Part shown: piece by piece, positions 56,746-64,000 of the stretch
Layout of the letters: every line of letters starts with the position of its first letter
How positions within the stretch are numbered: the stretch's first letter is position 1
NCBI GenBank assembly: GCA_003152105.1
Contig: PLZJ01000002.1
Coordinates: 108,257 to 172,256 of the forward strand
DNA: 64,000 bases
From: Candidatus Levyibacteriota bacterium
Lineage (GTDB): Bacteria > Patescibacteriota > Microgenomatia > Levybacterales > UBA12049
Reading direction: 5' to 3'
Translations under genes and position numbers: made by a program
Notes under the pieces: generated by a model
Seen by the model: only the letters and a program-made list of their open reading frames with translations
Told to the model about the DNA's origin: nothing
Databases searched by the model: none

Positions 56746-58107
56746 ATGGAAAATCATCCTATACCGCAAGACATTACAGGTTTTCAGTTTAAGCTAATTG
56801 GCGAAATGACAGTCAAACAATTTGGCTACATTGCTGCTGGTGGAATACTTGCATGGATTTTTATTTTCGTTTTACCTCTTCCAGTATATATTAGGTTCCC
56901 TATAGGGTTACTATTTGCAGGGCTTGGATTATCCTTAGCATTTTTACCTATTGAAGGAAGACCAATGGATACAATGCTTGGCGCTTTTATGCTTACGCTG
57001 ATTCGACCTAATCAATATGTATTTCGAAAGCATGAATCACTTTTAACGCCAATTTTTGCGCAAAATATACCTCAGCCTTATGTAAAAACAGTATCTCAGA
57101 AGACACACTCAACTAAGTATACTGAGGAGCAAGTAGAAACATTTATTCAGAACTATCCCAAAAAAGCAAAAAATAAATGGGATGAAAAAGAACTGGCATA
57201 CAACAAAACGCTTGCAGAACTATATGTTCCACTTCCAGCTATAGATCAAAATCAGCCACCAATCCAGGAAACTGTAAAAACAATACCAATTCCTGTACCA
57301 CAACAAACTGCTCAAGGAATACCTCAATCGCAAATGTTGGTACATAATACTCTTAGTACTACTCAAGTTTCTGTTCAGCAACCTTCAGAAAAATCTAAAG
57401 CACAAGAAAATATTAATGCAGTTCTTGAAAATACACAAAGTTCTACCGAAAATAGCATTAAAAAAACTGATAACGATAAGTTAGAAAAGGAAAAAATTAA
57501 AAGAGAACTAGAGGTGGCAAGACTCGAGGAAGCAAATCAACAAAATGAATCACTTGCAAAAAATGCTCATGAGAAAGTCAATGAATTAGAAAAATTATTA
57601 AATGACAGTTCTACGCAAAAACAAAAGCTTGAACAAGAACTTTTACAACTCAAAAAACAATTAGAAGGTAAGAATCCAGATGTTTTCACTCCATCACAAG
57701 GACCAGAAAAGCTTCAAGAGACAAAAAATGTACAAGTAGTGCAAAAAAGCATGACAAAGGCTACCGGCCTACCTCAAGCTCCCGAAGCACCAAACTTACT
57801 AACAGGTATTGTTAGAGATCCAAGAAATAATCCATTACCAAACATCTTAATTGAAGTGAAAGACAAAGATGGAAATCCAGTAAGAGCATTTAAAACAAAC
57901 ATGTTGGGGTATTTTGCATCTGCAACGCCTCTCCAAAATGGCATATTTACCGTTGAGTTTGAAGACACGCAAAATGTTCACAAATTTGATGTCATTCAAC
58001 TTGAAACAAAAGGTCAAGTAATAATGCCTCTTGCCGTTACGTCTGTTGATGCTAGAGAAGAACTGCGAAGATCGCTCTTCACATCTCCTCAAGAAGGAGC
58101 AAATTAA
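56746..58107 (+). CDS. VirB3-like two-TM membrane protein extended by a coiled coil and a C-terminal beta-sandwich (carboxypeptidase-regulatory-like) domain
   Basis: Two N-terminal TM helices (FGYIAAGGILAWIFIFVL / IGLLFAGLGLSLAFL), positioned immediately upstream of VirB4. Central Q/E/K coiled coil; C-terminal GIVRDPRNNPLPNILIEVKDKDGNPVRAFKTNMLGYF. Confidence 0.4.
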   Translation: MENHPIPQDITGFQFKLIGEMTVKQFGYIAAGGILAWIFIFVLPLPVYIRFPIGLLFAGLGLSLAFLPIEGRPMDTMLGAFMLTLIRPNQYVFRKHESLLTPIFAQNIPQPYVKTVSQKTHSTKYTEEQVETFIQNYPKKAKNKWDEKELAYNKTLAELYVPLPAIDQNQPPIQETVKTIPIPVPQQTAQGIPQSQMLVHNTLSTTQVSVQQPSEKSKAQENINAVLENTQSSTENSIKKTDNDKLEKEKIKRELEVARLEEANQQNESLAKNAHEKVNELEKLLNDSSTQKQKLEQELLQLKKQLEGKNPDVFTPSQGPEKLQETKNVQVVQKSMTKATGLPQAPEAPNLLTGIVRDPRNNPLPNILIEVKDKDGNPVRAFKTNMLGYFASATPLQNGIFTVEFEDTQNVHKFDVIQLETKGQVIMPLAVTSVDAREELRRSLFTSPQEGAN

Positions 58108-58109
58108 TT

Positions 58110-58787
58110 ATGGCAAACCAAAAAAAAATTCAAGCTACCACTCAAAAATTCACCGAAATCAAAGCGATCGTAGATGACATTGTATTATTTCAAAATGATA
58201 CTGCGTGTTTAATCATAGAGGTTAGGGCTACAAATTTTGCGCTCATGTCCAAACAAGAGCAAGATATTAAAATTTATTCATATGCTTCGCTACTTAATTC
58301 TCTCTCATTTTCACTTCAAATATACATTCATAATAAAAAAATTGATATTTCATCATACTTAGGCTTGCTAGATGTAGAAATAAAAAAAACACAAAATAAG
58401 CTTTTGCAAGCAAATATGATGATGTATAGACAATTCGTAGAACAACTAGTTAAGGTAAATAGCGTGCTTGATAAACAATTTTATGTGGTCATTTCTTATA
58501 ATCCTTTAGAGAGAGGGGCAGTAAATACTGCTACAACATTAAAGGGGCAAGGAAAACAAAACGTCATTGACCAAGCTAAGGCTTCTCTTCACAGTAAGTC
58601 AACATCAATTTTAGCTCAGTTAGCACAACTCAATCTACCAGCCAAAACACTAATGGCAAATGAATTAATCCATTTGTTTTATGGTATTTACAATGAAGAC
58701 TCCATCGACTCAACAGAGCTAATAGCAGATACTAATACTCCTATTGTTAGATCTGTAATGCCATTACAAAACAAAAAGGAAACATGA
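58110..58787 (+). CDS. VirB4 N-terminal domain encoded as a separate ORF
   Basis: IVDDIVLFQNDTACLIIEVRATNFALMSKQEQD...SLLNSL matches the VirB4/TrbE N-terminal region. Its stop overlaps the next ATG (ATGA). Confidence 0.5.
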   Translation: MANQKKIQATTQKFTEIKAIVDDIVLFQNDTACLIIEVRATNFALMSKQEQDIKIYSYASLLNSLSFSLQIYIHNKKIDISSYLGLLDVEIKKTQNKLLQANMMMYRQFVEQLVKVNSVLDKQFYVVISYNPLERGAVNTATTLKGQGKQNVIDQAKASLHSKSTSILAQLAQLNLPAKTLMANELIHLFYGIYNEDSIDSTELIADTNTPIVRSVMPLQNKKET

Positions 58788-60778
58788 AATTACCAAACTT
58801 AAAAACAAAACTACCAAAAAATCGAAATATAGTAAAAAAACCCATAGGAGTTCCTCCGGCAATAGCCCACTTTGATAAAGGACTTGCTTCTATTCAAGAT
58901 ATCATAGCACCATCATCAGTTGAAGTAGATTTTCGACACATACGTATTGGAGAAACATTTTACAAAACATTATTCGTAGTAGGATATCCAAGATTTATAT
59001 CTCCAAATTGGCTTGATCCACTTATAAATTTTAATCACTCAGTCGACATCTCTATGTTTTGTTATCCAGAAGCATCCTCAGATGTCTTAACTGATTTAAG
59101 GAGAAAAATAGCAGAAATGGAAGCAACAATTTCTTCACAAATTGAAAACGGACAAGATGTAGATCCAAAAATTAGTGCCCAACTTGAAGATGCACTCGCA
59201 GTACAAGAACAATTAGCAAAAGGCGTGGAGAGATTTTTTCAGTTTGGCTTTTATATTACTCTCTCTTCTTCAACCACTCAGGAATTAGAAGAAATAACCA
59301 AACAACTTCACGCAACACTTTCATCTATGCTTCTCACTGCAAAAGCAGCTACTCTTCAAATGGAAGAAGGGTTTAAGTCCACAATCCCAATGGGAAGAGA
59401 CAGTCTTTATATAACTCGCAATATGGATACAACGTCTTTAGCATCAACGTTTCCATTTACTTCAGCAACACTCACGCAAAACAAAGGAGTTCTCTATGGC
59501 CTAAATGAACAAAATGGATCTCTTATTATTTTTGATAGGTACTCATTGGAAAATGCAAATGAAGTAGTTTTAGGAAAATCTGGAGCCGGGAAATCATATC
59601 TTATTAAATTAGAAACAATGAGGCAATTTATGTTTGGGACTGAAGTAATTATTATTGACCCTGAAGGCGAATATGACGCACTAGTTCAATCTCTCGGAGG
59701 CGAAAGGGTAATTTTTACTGCTTCTAATCCAGTTAAAATTAACCCTTTTGACTTATCGGGTATGTATGAACCTGGGGAAAATGAACTCGGATTAAAAATA
59801 TTATCTCTCCATGGATTACTTCGAATTATTATGGGAAATCTAGACGCAACGCATGATGCTATCCTAGATAGAGCACTTGTTGAAACTTACAGACAAAAAG
59901 GAATTACGCCAGATCCAGCTACTCAATCAAAAATACCTCCCACCATGCAAGATCTTTATAAAGTACTTCTTGGTTACGAAGATCCCAATGCGCAAGAACT
60001 TGCATTTAGATTAGAAAAATTCATTAAAGGTTCTTTGGCAGGAATCTTTAATCAACAATCAAATTTTGATATTTCAAATCCACTAACTGTTTTTGATATT
60101 AAATTTCTCGAAGAAGAATTACGACCGGTAGCAATGCATATAATATTGGATTTTGTATGGACTAAAGTAAGAAAAACTCTAAAAAAAAGATTGCTCATAC
60201 TTGACGAGGCATGGTATGTAATGAAGTATGAAGATTCAGCTTCTTTTGTATATGGCATTGCAAAAAGAGCCAGGAAATACTACCTGGGCCTTACTACAGC
60301 AACGCAAGATGTGGAGGACTTTTTGGCTACAGATTATGGAAAAGCTGTACTCTCCAATTCATCTATTCAGGTGCTACTTAAACAAGGAACTTCATCTAGC
60401 GAACAAGTCGGTAAAATATTCTATCTGACTGATTCGGAAAAGCAATTACTTCAATCGGCTCAAATCGGAGAAGGCTTATTTTTTGCAGGCCAGAATCATG
60501 TGATTATTCGTATTATTGCTGCCCCTCATGAACACCAAGTTATAACTTCAGATCCTAAAGAAAAACTAAAAATGGAACAAAAGGCTGTTCAAGATGCAAT
60601 ACCAGAAAAACCTATGAATAATACTGCGCAAACTAATCCTCAAAAAACGGCAGAATCATCACAAAATATCAACAGCACTGAAGCCATACGGCCACCTGAG
60701 AATTTAACAACGCCAATTATGCCGATTACAAACGAAGTTTCGAACGTGGCGTCTCCACCAAATAAACCAACTCAGTAA
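58784..60778 (+). CDS. VirB4/TrbE-family T4SS ATPase (ATPase domain)
   Basis: Walker A GKSGAGKSYL; Walker B RLLILDEAWYVM; conserved arrangement of the VirB4 C-terminal half. Confidence 0.8.
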   Translation: MKLPNLKTKLPKNRNIVKKPIGVPPAIAHFDKGLASIQDIIAPSSVEVDFRHIRIGETFYKTLFVVGYPRFISPNWLDPLINFNHSVDISMFCYPEASSDVLTDLRRKIAEMEATISSQIENGQDVDPKISAQLEDALAVQEQLAKGVERFFQFGFYITLSSSTTQELEEITKQLHATLSSMLLTAKAATLQMEEGFKSTIPMGRDSLYITRNMDTTSLASTFPFTSATLTQNKGVLYGLNEQNGSLIIFDRYSLENANEVVLGKSGAGKSYLIKLETMRQFMFGTEVIIIDPEGEYDALVQSLGGERVIFTASNPVKINPFDLSGMYEPGENELGLKILSLHGLLRIIMGNLDATHDAILDRALVETYRQKGITPDPATQSKIPPTMQDLYKVLLGYEDPNAQELAFRLEKFIKGSLAGIFNQQSNFDISNPLTVFDIKFLEEELRPVAMHIILDFVWTKVRKTLKKRLLILDEAWYVMKYEDSASFVYGIAKRARKYYLGLTTATQDVEDFLATDYGKAVLSNSSIQVLLKQGTSSSEQVGKIFYLTDSEKQLLQSAQIGEGLFFAGQNHVIIRIIAAPHEHQVITSDPKEKLKMEQKAVQDAIPEKPMNNTAQTNPQKTAESSQNINSTEAIRPPENLTTPIMPITNEVSNVASPPNKPTQ

Positions 60779-60800
60779 TAGTCTGATATGATATTGCAAT

Positions 60801-62933
60801 ATGGCAACTACATTACCTCCAGATCAAACTCAGAAAGATGAAAAAATCAGATCTGTAAAGAGTTTAATTACTTTAGCAAACAGAGATAGAACAGGAACGG
60901 TCTCAAGAATAATTAACAACCCTAATTTTATCGAAAGTCAAATTCAACTAAAAGAACTACTAAGAGTTCATCCAGAATACGATATTTCACTCGAGGCACT
61001 AAAGGATTATCAAGATGATCTCGGGAAAAAAGAAACTGAACCAAAAAGCGAAAATAATACAGAGAAAGACAGCCATGATGAGTCGCATTCAACTCACCAT
61101 GAAACTATTCACCTTCATGTAGAAAACGAGTCAGATACTAAAAAAGTGGATCCAAATGATTATTTATTAGAAGAAAATTATGTAGATGCTCCGAAGCTAA
61201 CAAAACAAGGCGTAGTCGATAGTTATTTAAATGATCGACATGTCGCTGAATATCAAAAAGTTATGGCAAAAACATTTTCTCATGAAAATCCAAATGCTAC
61301 GATCGAAACATTTTATGATGTATTTGCAAAAGACTATGCTCCTGAATTAGAAAAACAAGAAAAAATCGAAGAACAAAGAATTTATCTAAATCAACCTGAA
61401 AAAGACCCACTATACCAACAGCTATTAAGTAATATCGAAACAGAAACTACTATTGCACGAAAGATGACAGATGAAGGAAAAATAACTAAATATGGATCTA
61501 CTGACATGAAAGAGATAACCAGAATAATTAATGAGAGACATTTTTATGCTTTTATACGTAAATACCCAGGAAAGGTTCAATCACATATTTCAAATCCAAT
61601 AGTAACGAAAATAGTTGAACACATTAAAGATGTTGAAAGTCAAAAAAAACAAAAAGTAAAAGATAAAAAAACTCCAACTACCCAAGCAGCTCCGACTAAA
61701 ATTCCCATAGAAGTTAAAAGTCAGCAATTCAATAGCGAACATCCTAAAACTTCAAGCACAACTAGCTCTTATGCACACAAACAAACTTTTCGTCCACAAA
61801 ACGATATAAGTAACTTTTCTAGTCAACCTCTTAGCTCAACATTCAATTTTTTTAATAATTTTTCGCCCAGAATTAGATCAGTTTCTAGACCAACGGCAAG
61901 TAATGAAGCAAGAGGAATTAGAGTTCAATCTAGAACAGCTAGGTCTATAGCAAGAAATCCTTTGACCTCATCGCTACTTAGGGGTGCTACTAGAGTAGGT
62001 GGCGGTTTAGCATCCAATGCCCTCAAGCTAGCTGCTAGAACACCTTGGTTCTGGATAGTGATTGGTATTATTGTAGGCATTTTTATACTTATAGCAGTTA
62101 TTATATTAATAATTGAAATAATAACTGGCAAGTTACCAATAGGCGGAGGCGGAGGCGGAACACTTTTACCAGGTCAACATTTCTCGTTAACCAAAACAGC
62201 TTCGCCAGCATTTGTAACAATTGTTCCTGGACATGAAAAAGAAGCAAGAATTACCTATACGATCACTCCCGACTTTAACGGTGACGGTTCAGTAGATATA
62301 ACAGATCCTATACCCAATGGCACAAACTATGTTGATGGTTCAGCTTCGCCCGATCCAAGCTCCAAGCAAACGACCGGCAAAAATGTTACATCATTAACAT
62401 GGAATAATATTGAAAATGGAACTAGTATTACATTCCAGGTTCAACCCACGCACGATGGAGCGTTTACGAATATAGCATCTGGAACTCTCTCGGGAAATTC
62501 GGGCATAAGCCCAACAGCAAACACTAATACATGTAATGGTCGCTACACAACAGATATTCAAAATAACTACTTGCTTCATAAAAATTTTGGAGATCCCAAT
62601 TGCACCTTGATAACAGCAGCCGAAAGAAATGATTTATATAATTATATTAAACAGGTTGATCCTGCCAATGCTGACTGGTGGTTTAATACTATTATTCCTT
62701 GCGAAAGTGGATATGACCCAAACTCGTGGCTTAGCCCTCAAGGAGGAACTCCTGATCCTCATGGAGCATGGGGGCTTTTTCAAGACGGTAGTAGTGAGCC
62801 AACTCCAGGAGGGAATGGTAATGGATTAAACGGCAAATACGATAGAGGGGATGTTGAATGGCACCAGCAAGTATTTAATGCTGCGCATTTACTTCAAACA
62901 AATGGGTCTGGTTATTGGGCGTGTTCAGGCTAA
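60801..62933 (+). CDS. membrane-anchored protein with C-terminal lytic-transglycosylase-like (VirB1-like) domain
   Basis: Acidic N-terminal region, central TM (WFWIVIGIIVGIFILIAVIILII), Gly-rich linker. The C-terminal IIPCESGYDPN...GAWGLFQ resembles the SLT catalytic ES...GLMQ motifs. Confidence 0.45.
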   Translation: MATTLPPDQTQKDEKIRSVKSLITLANRDRTGTVSRIINNPNFIESQIQLKELLRVHPEYDISLEALKDYQDDLGKKETEPKSENNTEKDSHDESHSTHHETIHLHVENESDTKKVDPNDYLLEENYVDAPKLTKQGVVDSYLNDRHVAEYQKVMAKTFSHENPNATIETFYDVFAKDYAPELEKQEKIEEQRIYLNQPEKDPLYQQLLSNIETETTIARKMTDEGKITKYGSTDMKEITRIINERHFYAFIRKYPGKVQSHISNPIVTKIVEHIKDVESQKKQKVKDKKTPTTQAAPTKIPIEVKSQQFNSEHPKTSSTTSSYAHKQTFRPQNDISNFSSQPLSSTFNFFNNFSPRIRSVSRPTASNEARGIRVQSRTARSIARNPLTSSLLRGATRVGGGLASNALKLAARTPWFWIVIGIIVGIFILIAVIILIIEIITGKLPIGGGGGGTLLPGQHFSLTKTASPAFVTIVPGHEKEARITYTITPDFNGDGSVDITDPIPNGTNYVDGSASPDPSSKQTTGKNVTSLTWNNIENGTSITFQVQPTHDGAFTNIASGTLSGNSGISPTANTNTCNGRYTTDIQNNYLLHKNFGDPNCTLITAAERNDLYNYIKQVDPANADWWFNTIIPCESGYDPNSWLSPQGGTPDPHGAWGLFQDGSSEPTPGGNGNGLNGKYDRGDVEWHQQVFNAAHLLQTNGSGYWACSG

Positions 62934-62950
62934 TATGATATAAATAAATT

Positions 62951-63490
62951 ATGAACGAATATTCAAAGAGGCAAAAAATAATAATACTTACAGTGGGTAT
63001 AATTATACTTTTTGGTACCATTGGAGTTATTACATTTTTATTTCTTAGCAATATTAATAATAAAACTCAAAGCTACTTACCCACACCAACGACTAAGCCC
63101 GCTCTTAGAACAGTTCCGCTTGTTATTTATAATTCGAGTAAGTCAAACGAATTATTAAAAAAGCTTGAAAATAGACAAGCTCTAACACAAAACGATACCT
63201 CAATTAGACAAAAACTAATTAGTCCCTTAAATGGGCAGAGCGGAGATATTCAACTTACAAATGATTATGATATCCAATACCTAAGTAGCCCAGATCAATT
63301 CCAGGTAGAAATTCTATCTACCAATATTAGTTTAGCTAAACAAGAGGCTGTTAATTGGTTTATTGCTCAAGGAATGAGTCAAGACGGTATATGCAAATTA
63401 CCACTGAGTTTTTTTATGAATCATTCAGTCGCACAGCAGCTACAAGGAAAAAACATTACTTTCAATCCATTGCCTGATAATTGTAATTAA
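62951..63490 (+). CDS. bitopic membrane protein (N-terminal TM + ~140-aa extracytoplasmic domain), possibly VirB8-like
   Basis: Assignment by topology and position only. Confidence 0.35.
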   Translation: MNEYSKRQKIIILTVGIIILFGTIGVITFLFLSNINNKTQSYLPTPTTKPALRTVPLVIYNSSKSNELLKKLENRQALTQNDTSIRQKLISPLNGQSGDIQLTNDYDIQYLSSPDQFQVEILSTNISLAKQEAVNWFIAQGMSQDGICKLPLSFFMNHSVAQQLQGKNITFNPLPDNCN

Positions 63491-63491
63491 T

Positions 63492-64000
63492 ATGAAATTT
63501 TATTCAATAATTAAAACAGATTCAAAATATCTGCTTATTATTATACTTTCTCTCTTATGTTTTACGGTTATGCTTGGAACAGGACAGGTGTATGCTGATT
63601 CCAATAATACTGCGATAACGATAATTGGAGATTCAATAACTGTTAGATCTACTCCAGATCTCAAACAGTTACTTCCTAATGCTGATATCAACGCCCAAGT
63701 TGGTAGGCAATGGGAAACTGGAATTGGAGTATTGCAACAAATAAAAAATAGTGGAAATCTAAAAAACATATTAGTATTTGCTCTTGGAACAAATGGTCCA
63801 ATTACTTCAGCGGACGTAGAAACTGTTCTTAATATAGCTTCCGGGAAAAAAGTAATTTTTGTAACAATATTTGGATTAGGTAACCACCTGTCCTGGATGG
63901 ATAGCGTAAATAATGTTTTAAATTCCGAAGCCAGTAGGCACAACCAAATAACCATTGCAGATTGGAAATCTTTAGTTTCGTCTCATACAGATTGGATTGA
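63492..64000 (+). CDS. SGNH/GDSL hydrolase-like secreted protein, C-terminally truncated by window end
   Basis: Signal peptide then ITIIGDSITV (GDSL block I). The open frame runs to the window end. Preferred over the antisense track ORF 63500-63955. Confidence 0.5.
   Translation, partial: MKFYSIIKTDSKYLLIIILSLLCFTVMLGTGQVYADSNNTAITIIGDSITVRSTPDLKQLLPNADINAQVGRQWETGIGVLQQIKNSGNLKNILVFALGTNGPITSADVETVLNIASGKKVIFVTIFGLGNHLSWMDSVNNVLNSEASRHNQITIADWKSLVSSHTDWI

Noticed and set aside
63500-63955. Track ORF 63500-63955(-)
   Set aside because: The plus-strand open frame from 63492 contains a GDSL (IIGDSIT) hydrolase motif plus signal peptide and is far more plausible; the minus ORF is its shadow.
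1-64000. CRISPR arrays, rRNA genes, IS/transposase genes
   Set aside because: No regularly spaced direct repeats, no rRNA-like conserved stretches and no DDE/transposase-like ORFs were seen. The only recombinases are one tyrosine and one large serine recombinase.

Overview
The window reads as an AT-rich, compact bacterial genome, plausibly a Candidate Phyla Radiation / Patescibacteria-type organism. That placement is an inference from pilin-like proteins with a TrbC/VirB2-type two-TM hairpin topology, a DUF5667-like PGxLPDxPLY motif, minimal central metabolism and many small membrane proteins. Standard genetic code; long ORFs are uninterrupted. Eight stretches can be described.

1. 1-4330: partial secreted protein, XerC/D-like tyrosine recombinase, tRNA-Ile(UAU), a VirD4/TraG-like type IV coupling ATPase and small membrane proteins.
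2. 4157-9460: minus-strand operon nrdR -> nrdJ (B12-dependent class II RNR) -> pduO-type cobalamin adenosyltransferase -> 413-aa unknown protein with C-terminal zinc ribbon -> translationally coupled 57-aa zinc-ribbon ORF. It carries NrdR-box-like palindromes and two related structured leaders, one of which sequesters the SD.
3. 9548-24445: housekeeping genes (cmk-like, gap, pgk, two tandem PBP1A paralogs, rpe, rpiB, LytR_C, SpoIID/LytB, bPH_2 membrane proteins, smpB).
4. 24487-24849: tmRNA (ssrA), followed by a compositionally foreign GC-rich insertion (25200-25800).
5. 26322-29460: tRNA cluster (Ser-GCU, Ser-UGA, Arg-GCG, Ser-CGA) interspersed with membrane proteins.
6. 29431-35920: integrated element whose large serine recombinase gene overlaps the 3' end of tRNA-Ser(CGA), followed by a phage/plasmid-like minus-strand module.
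7. 36014-43712: plus-strand accessory island (RibD_C reductase-like, SDR, SET-domain protein, YdeN-like hydrolase, three NUDIX, SAM-MTase, GrpB-NUDIX fusion, EEP phosphoesterase, a two-gene pair with an Rx4H HEPN-like motif), ending at an inward-facing tRNA-Ser(GGA).
8. 45104-63490: type IV secretion-like locus. It holds a VirB6/TrbL-like protein, an AAA+ ATPase fused to an OmpR-type wHTH regulator, four tandem T4SS-pilin-like paralogs (one fused to a ~500-aa extracellular domain), two large C-terminally membrane-anchored proteins, a VirB3-like protein, a split VirB4 ATPase, a VirB1-like lytic transglycosylase and a bitopic membrane protein. A partial SGNH hydrolase sits at the window end.

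No CRISPR arrays, rRNA genes or transposases were seen.
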